Source of the DNA: a virus | Virus record (IMG/VR): IMGVR_UViG_3300014911_000002 | Span: 1-64,000 of that record | Length of the DNA stretch: 64,000 bases | Strand: one strand, 5' to 3' | Shown here: one piece after another, positions 29,450 to 39,618 of the stretch | How the letters are laid out: each line of letters opens with the position of its first letter | Numbering within the stretch: the first letter of the stretch is position 1 | Program-made: the position numbers and the translations under genes | The notes under the pieces: generated by a model | Database searches by the model: none | What the model was told of the DNA's origin: nothing | What the model saw: only the letters and a program-made list of their open reading frames with translations

Positions 29450-31551
29450 GTTGATATCTTAAACGTCTTTCTCAGCTTAAATTCAGAACGCTTTCCTTTG
29501 TTCCATTGATCAACGGGTCTAAGGTATCCAACGATTCTTGAATAGACCTCACAATGGCTTCCACATTTTGGACACTGTTCATGCTCGCCAGAAATATAGC
29601 CATGATTTGGACAGACACTAAATGTCGGAGTGATCGTGAAATAAGGAAGCCTGTAGTTATAACAAATAGTCTTCACTAAATCCTTTACAACAGAATGATC
29701 AGGTATCTGCTCGCCTATGAAGAGATGAAGAACAGTTCCACCAGTGTATTTAGTCTGAAGTTCATCTTGCAAATCTAATGCCTCGAATATATCATCGGTA
29801 TAATTTACCGGAAGCTGAGTAGAATTAGTATAGAATGGCTCCGCTCCTTTCTGATATTCTTCCTCGTTTGCACAAATTATGTCATCGTAGCGTTTTTTAT
29901 CTAACAATGCAAGCCTATAAGATGTTCCCTCTGCTGGAGTAGCCTCAAGATTATAATTATTGCCAGTCTCTTTTTGATATTCCACTAACCGGTCACGCAT
30001 ATAATCTAGAACTTTAAGAGCAAATGAGCGTCCTTCCTCTGTTGCTATATTGCCTATTCCAAGATTCAAACAAGCTTCGTTCATTCCAATTAAACCGATA
30101 GTCGCAAAATGATTCTTCCAGTATTCATCAAATCTGCTTTTTATATTCCTGAGATAGAATTTAGCATATGGATATAAATTCTTATCTGTTAGACGCTCAA
30201 GAACTTTACGCTTGATTTCGAGGCTTTCCTTCGCCAAATCCATCATCTTTCCCAATTTCTCAAAGAATTCATCTTCATTCTTAGATAAATATCCTAGACG
30301 CGGCATATTTATGGTAACTACTCCGATGCTTCCAGTTAGTGGGTTCGCACCGAATAATCCGCCACCCTTTCGTCTTAGATGCCTAGTATCTAATCTCAAT
30401 CTACAGCACATACTTCGTGCGTCTTCTGGCTTCATATCCGAGTTTATAAAGTTGGCAAAATAAGGAATGCCGTATTTTGCAGTTGCTTTCCAAAGTGGTT
30501 CCAACACCTCATTATCCCAATCGAAATCTCTTGTTATATTATAGGTTGGTATTGGAAAAGTAAATACTCTTCCTTTTGCATCGCCTTCTAACATCACTTC
30601 CATGAATGCCCGATTGAGCATATCCATCTCGTCTTGAAAATCACTATAGACGTCTTTCTGAGGCTCACCGCCAATTATTACCGGAAAATCAGATAAATAA
30701 GATGGAGGCTGAAGATCGAGAGTCAGATTTGTGAAAGGAGATTGAAACCCTACTCGCGTTGGTATGTTAATATTGAACAGGAATTCCTGCATAGCTTGCT
30801 TTACGTCATTATAATTTAGCCCATCATATCTGATGAACGGCGCAAGAAGAGTATCAAAATTAGAGAATGCTTGAGCACCAGCAGCCTCGCCCTGGAGGGT
30901 ATAGAAGAAATTCACAACTTGGCCTATGGCGCTCCGAAAGTGTTTCGCGGGTTTGCTCTCTATTTTACCTTTTGCGCCTTTAAAGCCTACCTGCAGTAAA
31001 TCAAGCAAATCCCAACCAACACAATAAACAGATAGCATTCCCAAATCATGAATGTGGAAATCTCCGGATACGTGAGCATGCCTAATTTCTGATGGATAAA
31101 TTTTATTCAGCCAATAAGTCTTACTCACCTCTGATGATATATAATTGTGTAAGCCCTGCAAAGAATATGTCATATTAGCATTTTCTTGAACTTTCCAATC
31201 CCTGCCTTCAATGTATTCATCCATAATGTTTATGTTCATCTTTTCTGCGATTTCTCGCATCTGTCTGTGCTGATCTCTATAAAGTATGAAAGTTTTTGCA
31301 GTCTCTTTATATCTTGATGAGAGCAAAACTTCCTCTATTATTTCTTGAATCTCTTCAACAGTTGGGACTTTATGTTGAATGGTTTCCTCGGCCAATGACA
31401 AAACCTTTAGCATTAGGCGCCTTGCTATAGATTCCTTTTGGATTTCTCCGCAGCTTTGGCCAGCCTTTAGTATCGCCTCAGTTATCTTTTCGGGTTTAAA
31501 TCGCACTATCCTACCATCGCGCTTTCTTATACTCTTGAACATGGATATCAC
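29446..31551 (-). CDS. nrdD: Class III anaerobic ribonucleoside-triphosphate reductase with ATP cone
   Basis: IRKRDG ATP cone, HIHDL, SMCCRL, NLEATPAE, CPNHGY...CPKC, YSRIVGYLRP glycyl-radical motif. Confidence 0.97.
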   Translation of the reverse strand: MISMFKSIRKRDGRIVRFKPEKITEAILKAGQSCGEIQKESIARRLMLKVLSLAEETIQHKVPTVEEIQEIIEEVLLSSRYKETAKTFILYRDQHRQMREIAEKMNINIMDEYIEGRDWKVQENANMTYSLQGLHNYISSEVSKTYWLNKIYPSEIRHAHVSGDFHIHDLGMLSVYCVGWDLLDLLQVGFKGAKGKIESKPAKHFRSAIGQVVNFFYTLQGEAAGAQAFSNFDTLLAPFIRYDGLNYNDVKQAMQEFLFNINIPTRVGFQSPFTNLTLDLQPPSYLSDFPVIIGGEPQKDVYSDFQDEMDMLNRAFMEVMLEGDAKGRVFTFPIPTYNITRDFDWDNEVLEPLWKATAKYGIPYFANFINSDMKPEDARSMCCRLRLDTRHLRRKGGGLFGANPLTGSIGVVTINMPRLGYLSKNEDEFFEKLGKMMDLAKESLEIKRKVLERLTDKNLYPYAKFYLRNIKSRFDEYWKNHFATIGLIGMNEACLNLGIGNIATEEGRSFALKVLDYMRDRLVEYQKETGNNYNLEATPAEGTSYRLALLDKKRYDDIICANEEEYQKGAEPFYTNSTQLPVNYTDDIFEALDLQDELQTKYTGGTVLHLFIGEQIPDHSVVKDLVKTICYNYRLPYFTITPTFSVCPNHGYISGEHEQCPKCGSHCEVYSRIVGYLRPVDQWNKGKRSEFKLRKTFKIST

Positions 31552-31827
31552 CTAAGAACCTTGAATCCACGTACCACTTTCGTCATCCTTAACTAATGTA
31601 ATGGAGAATGACGCACTTGGTTTTTCTTCAAGCAATTGTTCCAACCTTGCAATATCATTTGCTTCTATAGCGCTAAGGATCTTCTCAAAGATATCCTTTT
31701 TGCGCGAATCGTAATTAATAGTTGGGTCTGGAGATTCCAATACACTTACAAACCTGATGAATGCGTGAGGGCACATATCGAACAGCATTGTACCTACCGC
31801 TGCTAATTTTACCTTTTCGTCGACCAA
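31552..31827 (-). CDS. Hypothetical protein
   Basis: GAGGTGA RBS; abuts nrdD. Confidence 0.6.
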   Translation of the reverse strand: MVDEKVKLAAVGTMLFDMCPHAFIRFVSVLESPDPTINYDSRKKDIFEKILSAIEANDIARLEQLLEEKPSASFSITLVKDDESGTWIQGS

Positions 31828-31957
31828 TTCATCACCTCAAAAATCTTTTTTCAATCTCAGCAATGTATCTAATGCTAAGTCACGCATATATCTTATGTTC
31901 TCCTTTTTATCACTAGACTCGATTTCAACTGCATAGTTGGGAAGTACAATTCTAAAG

Positions 31958-32140
31958 CTACGCTTCACTTCTTTTGTTTCCTTCTTTGGCATTCCTAAAC
32001 ACCTCCAACCACATATCTACATCTCCAACTCTATCTGTTATTTTGGCATCAGATCCTGCAATCAGCTTTATGAACTCGATGCGTTCTTTATCGTTCTTAA
32101 ACCTTACTACCGCCTTATCATATCTTATGGATATTTTCAT
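31958..32140 (-). CDS. Hypothetical protein
   Basis: GGAGGTG RBS upstream of the ATG. Confidence 0.55.
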   Translation of the reverse strand: MKISIRYDKAVVRFKNDKERIEFIKLIAGSDAKITDRVGDVDMWLEVFRNAKEGNKRSEA

Positions 32141-32305
32141 AATGCACCTCCTAATCAGATTTCAAGGAAAAAACTGAAATATCGTCTATATTGTACTCAA
32201 GCTCATTTCCATCAGCTGTTCTTATCTTTAGTATGTTGTTACAAAAATAAAAGTATAGGACATCAAGTGTTTCATTCTCTCCAGATTTTAGAACGAGGAC
32301 GCATT

Positions 32306-32731
32306 TCATTTCCATTCTTCATAGGAAGGGTGACTTCTCACATATATTATCTTTGCATGAGTACGTTTTCGAAGTTCCTTTACAATGGTTGGGTTATCTT
32401 CAAAGAAGACATCAATGTTTTTGCTGTTTATTACGCTGGCTTTCTTTATTGCTGCAAGCTCTGGGGATAGTTCTGTTCGCTTATTGCCTATGAAAATGAT
32501 ATCACACTCGATGTTGTGGAATTCAAGCCAAGCTTTAGTTACATCCGAGAAGATCGTTGGTCTGGCTGTTATTATAATAATTTTATCATCTGGTGATGCA
32601 AAATCCTTTGGATTTAATTGAAGAGGCGCTTCAAGGAAAAACAAGCGCTTTATCGATTCGGGAATAATTAGATTAGATGCCCAAGCTAGATATCCGCATA
32701 CTACGCCATCCAAATCAAATCCAATATTCAT
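32306..32731 (-). CDS. HAD-superfamily phosphatase (5'-nucleotidase-like)
   Basis: IGFDLDGVV, ITARP, K, FFEDN. Confidence 0.85.
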   Translation of the reverse strand: MNIGFDLDGVVCGYLAWASNLIIPESIKRLFFLEAPLQLNPKDFASPDDKIIIITARPTIFSDVTKAWLEFHNIECDIIFIGNKRTELSPELAAIKKASVINSKNIDVFFEDNPTIVKELRKRTHAKIIYVRSHPSYEEWK

Positions 32732-33501
32732 GGTTTGCACCTCATAAATAAATGTATGGGCTTCTTATTATAAACTAGAAGATTTGCTACTAATCTGCTA
32801 TCACGACTACTAGTTGTATATGATAAGAGGGTTTGACGTGACCCAATCTTCTTCTTTCGTACAGTTTTTATTTTCCACATTATATTTAATATATCATCAA
32901 AATCTAAATCCCCATAGCTGCTCAAATGATTGAGCAATGATAATGCGTCATTTCTATAATATGCCCAAATGGAGTTGTCGAATATTATTTCCATTGCTAC
33001 AAAACCTCTTTCACTCGATGCGATATAACCCATTTCATAATCATGTGGTGATTTAAAGCCGAAATATCTTGATTCTACCTCATCTATAAATTTTAATATT
33101 TGTAGTACACCGTCCAGTTCTCTGAACATCACTGAAACATCATCTAAGAAATGCATGGTCTTTTGCTTCCTTCTGTGAATGCCAATTGTGTGAGACGCCA
33201 TGGGTTCTAGAATGAAAGAATGGAGAGGCGAGCGGTGTTCTTTATCTCGAGATATTTCTGAAAGCATTCGGAAGAATATCGGCTGTCTTTCAAAAGAGAA
33301 TATCTCGATGAAATTATCTGACTCCGTATCAGCTATGGCATAGTCGAGGTCTTTGTTATCGTGAATTAAATTTGTCCGAAACTGTCCGATTATCGGATAA
33401 ATGACAATATCATTAATAACCCCAATTGGATGACCAAAGCGTATTTCATCACTCTCAAGAAGTGCTGCAATATACTTCATATTAGTCATAGAATAAAGCA
33501 A
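32728..33501 (-). CDS. Hypothetical protein
   Basis: 257-aa ORF packed in the operon; no firm motif. Confidence 0.6.
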   Translation of the reverse strand: MLYSMTNMKYIAALLESDEIRFGHPIGVINDIVIYPIIGQFRTNLIHDNKDLDYAIADTESDNFIEIFSFERQPIFFRMLSEISRDKEHRSPLHSFILEPMASHTIGIHRRKQKTMHFLDDVSVMFRELDGVLQILKFIDEVESRYFGFKSPHDYEMGYIASSERGFVAMEIIFDNSIWAYYRNDALSLLNHLSSYGDLDFDDILNIMWKIKTVRKKKIGSRQTLLSYTTSSRDSRLVANLLVYNKKPIHLFMRCKP

Positions 33502-33973
33502 GTGTACGCAACATTATTTCCTGCTTCAATAACTCATCCCATAAAAGCCCTTCACTTGCGGCTATACGTCTAAGACGTTCCAACGTTTTTTCATCCCTTA
33601 TCGGAATATCTACATCCTTGAATATCATATCTATATAGTCTTCTCGAAATGTTAATAAGTCAGAGAGCGCATAAATATTATATGCAATTTCTCTTGCAAT
33701 TTCTGATGCTGTTGATATCCGCTTTAGTGTTGATTCACTTCTATTTACACGTCTATTTTCAAAGGAATCAATAATTCGCTCTTCGATTAATGTGGACGCA
33801 ATATCTTCAATATCTTTATTATCACCGACTAGATACACTATAATAGATTTTTCTTTAGGTACCCATCCTAGATAAGACGCATCCGATATTTTCTCAAACG
33901 CATCCATAATATAACTGCATGTGATTATACTCGGTTTATAACCAAGATGGAGTACAACCTCATTAACTCGCAT
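33482..33973 (-). CDS. Hypothetical protein
   Basis: GGAGGT RBS. Confidence 0.6.
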   Translation of the reverse strand: MRVNEVVLHLGYKPSIITCSYIMDAFEKISDASYLGWVPKEKSIIVYLVGDNKDIEDIASTLIEERIIDSFENRRVNRSESTLKRISTASEIAREIAYNIYALSDLLTFREDYIDMIFKDVDIPIRDEKTLERLRRIAASEGLLWDELLKQEIMLRTLALFYD

Positions 33974-34122
33974 TTACCTCCCTCCGTTTCACTTGTATGA
34001 CATAACATCCCGGGCACATCCGATGAATTTCACGAATACAATGATCGACATCATCATTTTTTGACCAAAAGAGCACTCGATGTCGTTTCCCCATCCAACC
34101 GATTATACATTCATAGCAGATA

Positions 34123-34992
34123 TCACTCATTACCTTTCTCCATCATCTCTAACTTCTTGTTTTTATATTCCATATATCGTTCATCCTCAAGCTCAAACTG
34201 TTTATGGAGTTCGATACAGAGCTTTTTGATCTTTGTATGGTCAATGTCACTTAGGTCAACATCTGGCCTATTGACCCATATCGGCACTTTTCTTAGTTCC
34301 TCAAGCTCAGAGCCTCCATAATGGCCGACTCTGCCTCCTTCTCCATCTTGCAGATTCTCTCCATGATCTGCAAATACCACAACCGTCTCTATATTATTTG
34401 TTATGTTCTTGAATGCCATCAATCTTGTTTTAAAATCGTCAACTCCTATTTTATACCAATCAAGGAGTTTTCGCCTTGGCATCCTAGCCATAAGTCTATC
34501 GCAGTTAACCACGCATGGAAGTTCCTTTGGTCCGTAACAATCTATGCCCCATGGACCATGTGTTAACCATGAATGATAGAATATCAAATCCCACCACTCA
34601 TTTGTTGCCATAGACCATTTTCGTCCAACGTATTCAAGAACATCGTCATCATTATTTGTAACGGCATTCCATTTAATCGGTGGCAAAAATGTAAACTTAT
34701 CTCTTCTTGAAGGCGGAAGCCATTTGGGTCCATTTCCAATCAATCTCGAAATGGTAACCCAAGAGTCAAAATGATCAAAAATGGTATCTTTACAAGCCTC
34801 TGGTCTGACTGTGTCTAAAAAACCTCTAACGCCGGTTTCTTCTGGAGGTTTTCCTGTTGCCACAGTTGCTAGAACTGGTGCAGTAAAGGTTTCAATAGCT
34901 CTAAATGAACCCCATGATTCTTCTGGGAAGACGCCTTTTAGATATTTTGTCGCAAAATCATATCGCAAGCTATCAGCAAGTATTAATATCAT
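34123..34992 (-). CDS. Alkaline phosphatase/sulfatase-superfamily protein
   Basis: ILADSLRYD, TFTAPVLATVATG, THGPW, FADHGE, VGH. Confidence 0.8.
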   Translation of the reverse strand: MILILADSLRYDFATKYLKGVFPEESWGSFRAIETFTAPVLATVATGKPPEETGVRGFLDTVRPEACKDTIFDHFDSWVTISRLIGNGPKWLPPSRRDKFTFLPPIKWNAVTNNDDDVLEYVGRKWSMATNEWWDLIFYHSWLTHGPWGIDCYGPKELPCVVNCDRLMARMPRRKLLDWYKIGVDDFKTRLMAFKNITNNIETVVVFADHGENLQDGEGGRVGHYGGSELEELRKVPIWVNRPDVDLSDIDHTKIKKLCIELHKQFELEDERYMEYKNKKLEMMEKGNE

Positions 34993-35444
34993 TTTCTCTC
35001 ACCTTTTATATGAACTGGAATATAACATCTTGAAGTTTTCGTTGTGTCTACAGGTATAAACTCTTTGATGTATGTTCTTCGAATTAATATTGTATCTTCG
35101 CTTTCATCTAGAGGTTCTTCAAATCCCACGGCGTATCCTTTCTTCTCAACATCCTCAAATGTCTTCATAAACTTATCAACCACCTCTTTATCTTGAAGCT
35201 TCCTGTTAGATTTGAATCCAAATTTAAGAATGTCTAGCTTGACTCTATCTTCTTGAGGCGCAGAATATCTTTCTTCTCTTAATATTTCACCATCTTCTGT
35301 AATAACTTCCATCTTTGTGACAACAGCTGGTATTCTGATTGTGTAGATGTATTCGGTAACATTCATCATATAATCGTAATATTCTTCTTCTTTGAAATGA
35401 TTTTTTATGTAACCTGACAAATCTTTTTTCGAAAATTTCTTCAT
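34989..35444 (-). CDS. Hypothetical protein
   Basis: ORF with RBS, overlaps the next gene. Confidence 0.6.
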   Translation of the reverse strand: MKKFSKKDLSGYIKNHFKEEEYYDYMMNVTEYIYTIRIPAVVTKMEVITEDGEILREERYSAPQEDRVKLDILKFGFKSNRKLQDKEVVDKFMKTFEDVEKKGYAVGFEEPLDESEDTILIRRTYIKEFIPVDTTKTSRCYIPVHIKGERK

Positions 35445-35508
35445 AATCAGCTATTCCTCCACTTTTGGCATTTTCTGTTTATGTTTGTCAAATCGGCCAA
35501 TATTATAA

Positions 35509-35664
35509 CTAATCACTCTTCAGGTTGTTAAACAGCTTCTTTGCGCATATATCGCAAGTATAACCTATATCGCATTTACATCTTGGAATCTTGCCTCTCC
35601 TTAAGGCTAGATGAACTTCGGTAAGCCAATACAACTGCTCATAATCAGTGTCATAATCATCCAT
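35509..35664 (-). CDS. Small Cys-rich protein (not in ORF track)
   Basis: Translated by hand: MDDYDTDYEQLYW...RCKCDIGYTCDICAKK... Confidence 0.5.
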   Translation of the reverse strand: MDDYDTDYEQLYWLTEVHLALRRGKIPRCKCDIGYTCDICAKKLFNNLKSD

Positions 35665-35964
35665 AATATCACATGTTTATATTATTGTATAAGGAACTCT
35701 TAAGACTTGTACATCGCCTGTCGATGGATTACCAATCTCATATCCAAGAAAATAGTCTTTTCCATCTGTTGTTGATATTTTTGCATAATATACCACAGTC
35801 ACATCTATCCCTCTTTTATCCCTTCTTGTCTGTCTATAATCCGAGCCCCAGTTTCTCTTTCCATCCTGTCTCGATAGATATCGATGAAGCAATCAGAACA
35901 TAAGACAAGGTCACCATCCCAGATGATAAACCTACTTTTCACTTCCTCGCCGCAAAAATCGCAA

Positions 35965-36129
35965 TTAACCATATCTCAAAGAGTCTGGCAACCAAACTTC
36001 TCCACCATACTTCACTATCAGCTTTCCACAATAGGGACAGATAGGATCTCCTTTCATACTCTCGATTATAAACCTGCCGTTACAGTGTGGGCAGATGATC
36101 TCTTCGAGAATCTTAGACTTTCCTTTCAT
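35965..36129 (-). CDS. Zn-ribbon microprotein
   Basis: CPHC...CPYC. Confidence 0.6.
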   Translation of the reverse strand: MKGKSKILEEIICPHCNGRFIIESMKGDPICPYCGKLIVKYGGEVWLPDSLRYG

Positions 36130-36244
36130 TTTCAGTCTCCTCTGGGTCCGGACCAATTATAAAAGTTCCGCAACCACAGTAAGGGCATTTTAACATGTCT
36201 TCTGAAACTCGATTTCCACATTTGATGCAATACCATGAACTCAT
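36113..36244 (-). CDS. Zn-ribbon microprotein (not in ORF track)
   Basis: Translated by hand: MSSWYCIKCGNRVSEDMLKCPYCGCGTFII...; ATGA overlap with the upstream gene. Confidence 0.6.
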   Translation of the reverse strand: MSSWYCIKCGNRVSEDMLKCPYCGCGTFIIGPDPEETENERKV

Positions 36245-36528
36245 TCCTCTCCCTCCAAGCTATGTTTAACTATTTTCTTGTAGTGAGCTTCAAATAATAA
36301 TTCTAAATATCTTGGATCTCTGGATTTGTCGGTCATTTTGCATTGTCTTGCCCAATCTCCCACCACTTGAGTCACAAACTCTTCCTTACCTTCAGGACTG
36401 GTATAGCCTAAATAAGACGTGAAAGTGAGTAAGTCATCTTCGGTTGATTTTTTCCCGTAAGCCACTAACCTTTTGCCATCCCATATTTCTATCCTATCGT
36501 CAAATTCTATAATTCGTAGTTCTCTCAT
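36241..36528 (-). CDS. Hypothetical protein
   Basis: Operon packing. Confidence 0.55.
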   Translation of the reverse strand: MRELRIIEFDDRIEIWDGKRLVAYGKKSTEDDLLTFTSYLGYTSPEGKEEFVTQVVGDWARQCKMTDKSRDPRYLELLFEAHYKKIVKHSLEGEE

Positions 36529-36719
36529 TCTAACCCTTCAATATTTAATCTAATCTTCTATAGACGCTCTTATTTCCCATATTAAATCATTTAGACTATC
36601 CCAGAAATCTTCCTTAGTGTCTTCAACACTCATCCTATCCCATACTTCTCCATTCCATGTTATTATGCCTTCATCGTAATCAATTTCTATTATGTGCTTC
36701 ATTATTTCACCTCTGCTAA

Positions 36720-36926
36720 TCATATTAGCTTCTTTGCTTTCTTTACCATCTTTTCTGCATCCCTTAATAAATCTTTTATGATTTTTTCTTGATTCTCAGG
36801 CTCAATCTGCGGACCACCCACAAAGACATTGCCGGCTGTCCGCTCTTCCAATGCTTTCAATCTCTTTTCTATATTAGTTAGACGGCTTTCGATTCGTCTA
36901 ATGCGATCTTCTAAATCGGCGTTCAT
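36720..36926 (-). CDS. Coiled-coil hypothetical protein
   Basis: Heptad LEDRIRRIESRLTNIEKRLKALEER. Confidence 0.6.
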   Translation of the reverse strand: MNADLEDRIRRIESRLTNIEKRLKALEERTAGNVFVGGPQIEPENQEKIIKDLLRDAEKMVKKAKKLI

Positions 36927-37189
36927 TTTTTATCATCTTCTTTTCCGTGCAAATCTGACATTGCCACAGCTATATCAGCGAGCATATGGGCAGCAGAATC
37001 ATATACTGAATCCCTAATGCTTTTTATATCCTTCTCGATTGACCTTTCTATGATGGTTATACCTATTACACCCAAGGCTATTCCGCCAACAACGACGCCT
37101 AAATCATTTCCATAGAACCCTTTATAGAAAATACTTCCTGATAATGTTAGCAAAAGATATCCAATTGGACGAGCAAGGAGACTAATCAT
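36923..37189 (-). CDS. Two-TM membrane protein
   Basis: Two hydrophobic segments; GGTGA RBS. Confidence 0.6.
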   Translation of the reverse strand: MISLLARPIGYLLLTLSGSIFYKGFYGNDLGVVVGGIALGVIGITIIERSIEKDIKSIRDSVYDSAAHMLADIAVAMSDLHGKEDDKK

Positions 37190-37371
37190 CTAATCACCTA
37201 TGTTGGAAACATATCTATTTCGATACGGCTAAAACGTGATGTATTTAGTTCATCCAAAAGATACTCCAATGCTTCTTTTGTATTGTTAACTTCAAACTTA
37301 TGCGTCTCAACTTTGTGCAAACCATCAAAAATTTTTACAACCGCATAATATCGTTTTTTCATGCCCTTCAG

Positions 37372-37986
37372 TTATACCTCCAAATCTATTTCCTTGAAGG
37401 TCTTAACACAACATGAACAGGTATCACATATTTCTATACATTTATCAACATGATGATGGCCAAAGAAGTGATATTTCGGCTTTAATTTATATACAAGAGA
37501 GGTTATGAGAGGCGAACCTCTATCTCGCGCATCTCTCTCCTTTATTATGAAGGGTGATGGTGCTTCGTGAGTTAGCAGTATATCCAATTTTGGCATCTTT
37601 AGAGCTTTTGTATATTCATCTAGTGTGAAGTGGCTTCTTCGCTTCCCTTTTAGCTCCTGCTTAGATTTTTGGAAGGATATTGGGGAAAAATTTCCGCCAA
37701 AACCACCAATCCTCAGGCCGTGAATTTTAATATAAGTGCCATTTGGGATAAAAATAAGATTTTTCGCGATCTCTGAAGGCTCTCTTATTCCATGGATTTC
37801 ATCAAGAGCCTCGTGATTACCCATTACGAAAAACATACGTTTAGGCAAATCTGGATAATAGTCTTTATCACCAGCTAAATCTCCGACCTGAAGATATAAA
37901 TCAGCGGAAATTCTCGTAAGATAATTTTTAAGCGTTGAGTAATCACCATGAATGTCTCCAATAACTACAATCTTCATGGTTCGCAT
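37372..37986 (-). CDS. Calcineurin-like metallophosphoesterase
   Basis: GDIHG, VGD, GNHE, THE, GHHH. Confidence 0.92.
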   Translation of the reverse strand: MRTMKIVVIGDIHGDYSTLKNYLTRISADLYLQVGDLAGDKDYYPDLPKRMFFVMGNHEALDEIHGIREPSEIAKNLIFIPNGTYIKIHGLRIGGFGGNFSPISFQKSKQELKGKRRSHFTLDEYTKALKMPKLDILLTHEAPSPFIIKERDARDRGSPLITSLVYKLKPKYHFFGHHHVDKCIEICDTCSCCVKTFKEIDLEV

Positions 37987-38835
37987 TTACATATATCCTA
38001 ATGCTCTTAGCCTACGCATAATCTTTTCTTTGTCTTGCGCTCTTCCAGCTCTTTCTCCAACGCCCTTATAAGATTTTATTTCTTCTATGATTTTATCAAT
38101 AGTGTCAGCATCCGATTCTATTGGTGATGTACAAGGTGCACATCCGATGCTTCTGTATCGATAACCATTTACTGCAAAATATAATGGATTTACAGGTATG
38201 TTTTCCTGTTTAATATACTGCCAGACATCCAATTCTGTCCAGTGGAGCATCGGATGAATTCTGTAGTGATCAACCTCTTCATCACTCCAGTCAGCAATAT
38301 AGAGCGACCATCCAGCAAATTCAGCATCTTGTAGATATTCAAATGGGGAGTCGCCCTTTTCACTTGGCTTTTTGGGTCTTATAATTTCCCAATTTCCCCT
38401 CTTCCTCGGTGAAAAGTATCTTTCGATGCCCCTTTCAGGAAGTTCGTCTCGCCTTATGGCTAAAACTAAAGCATCGATACCATATTCTGCAATTGCTTTC
38501 TTCAGTGCATTTGTCTTCCTTTCCATACAACATTTAAACCTATCTGCATATGGTGAAGTCATCTTGAATGCCTTTGAATTTTTAACTGTTATAACTTCTA
38601 AATCCCACTTATCTATCAATTTCTGTTTGAATTCATAGATTTCTGGCAGCTTTAGTCCAGTATCTATATGCATCACGGGAAACTGAACCTTCAAACCTTC
38701 TGGATTCGCTTTCCTTGAAAGATGAAGAAGAGTGGTAGAATCCTTCCCGAATGAACAGAGTATGAATGGATTTTTAAACTGGCTTTTTACTTCTCGAAGT
38801 ATGAATATGCTCTGCTTCTCCAATTCTTCTAGCAT
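37987..38835 (-). CDS. cysD: Sulfate adenylyltransferase subunit 2 / PAPS-reductase family
   Basis: SFGKDST, HIDTG, AIRRDE...ERYFS, RIHPMLHWTE, YRSIGC, ERAGRAQD...LRALGYM. Confidence 0.88.
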   Translation of the reverse strand: MLEELEKQSIFILREVKSQFKNPFILCSFGKDSTTLLHLSRKANPEGLKVQFPVMHIDTGLKLPEIYEFKQKLIDKWDLEVITVKNSKAFKMTSPYADRFKCCMERKTNALKKAIAEYGIDALVLAIRRDELPERGIERYFSPRKRGNWEIIRPKKPSEKGDSPFEYLQDAEFAGWSLYIADWSDEEVDHYRIHPMLHWTELDVWQYIKQENIPVNPLYFAVNGYRYRSIGCAPCTSPIESDADTIDKIIEEIKSYKGVGERAGRAQDKEKIMRRLRALGYM

Positions 38836-38947
38836 TCATATCACCTTTTTCTAAAAGACTGGATATGTTCTGAGATGCCACATTAGGAAATCCATATTTT
38901 CAATATCAAATAGCATACACTGTCTTGATTTCTCTTCTTCCTGACGA

Positions 38948-39075
38948 GATATAGGCCTGAGAGGCCCAGAAATCGATGTAGAGACGAGTTTTTTCCACGC
39001 AAGTATCTCACTATTCGTCGTCTCAAAACTCGTCTCTACGGCCGCGTTAGACGCCTTTACGGGCTTAATTTGAGG
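38948..39075. repeat. Dispersed palindromic element, copy 4
   Basis: GTAGAGACGAGTTTT...AAAACTCGTCTCTAC around core CAAGTATCTCACTATTCG (39000-39017). Confidence 0.9.
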
Positions 39076-39097
39076 TGGGTTGGGACTATTTTTGGGA

Positions 39098-39253
39098 TTA
39101 TTCATCGCTACATGAATCGTCATTCCTTACAGAAAGGACAATATAGTCCTTAGACCTACAGAAAGGACATCTAAACTTCTGTGGGGAAAAATCAGATTCA
39201 GGGAGTGTGTATCGTTCCCCACAATTTTTACATTCTATTTCATAATATTTCAT
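39098..39253 (-). CDS. Zn-ribbon microprotein (not in ORF track)
   Basis: Translated by hand: MKYYEIECKNCGERYTLPESDFSPQKFRCPFCRSKDYIVL...; TAATG overlap with the upstream gene. Confidence 0.65.
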   Translation of the reverse strand: MKYYEIECKNCGERYTLPESDFSPQKFRCPFCRSKDYIVLSVRNDDSCSDE

Positions 39254-39456
39254 TATATCTTTCCCCATTCTATCTTGTTCCAGATTCGTTCATGGAAATA
39301 ATACACGATTGTCTTTATAATATGAATTAATGCAGAAGTCCTAACCGAGAATGAACCATCTCGAGTTACACCCCAGATTATACTAAAGGTTATAAGGAAC
39401 CCTAATATTCGCCAGCTTATAGACTTTGCAAGAGAGCGTATCTTCATATCAGTCAT
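39253..39456 (-). CDS. DUF2061 membrane protein
   Basis: RSLAKSISWR...YYFHERIWNKIEWG. Confidence 0.85.
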   Translation of the reverse strand: MTDMKIRSLAKSISWRILGFLITFSIIWGVTRDGSFSVRTSALIHIIKTIVYYFHERIWNKIEWGKI

Positions 39457-39618
39457 ATTTCGACCATTCTCGCTTAAGGACTTCAAAAACTTCACGAGAT
39501 ATTAACACCTTTAATTGCTTCTCTTGGTTTTCCCAACCAAGGAAGTATTTTCCGTTTCGCCTCTCAACAAAAAATCCTTCTTCGGTAATCTTTGAAACTG
39601 GACAACGCCATATTCGTT

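Noticed and set aside
29446-31551. Intein or intron in nrdD
   Set aside because: Length (701 aa) and continuous motifs fit an uninterrupted enzyme
38851-39123. ORFs over repeat copies (38851..39123, 2589..2798, 17039..17284, 28486..28770, 61118..61369)
   Set aside because: Their mutual similarity (e.g. VETSF...KLVS) only reflects the DNA repeat; frames and strands are inconsistent and there is no RBS support
39128-39223. Direct repeat TACAGAAAGGACA x2 and inverted TGTGGGGAA/TTCCCCACA as a regulatory RNA
   Set aside because: They lie inside a credible Zn-ribbon ORF (39098..39253) and are short enough to be incidental
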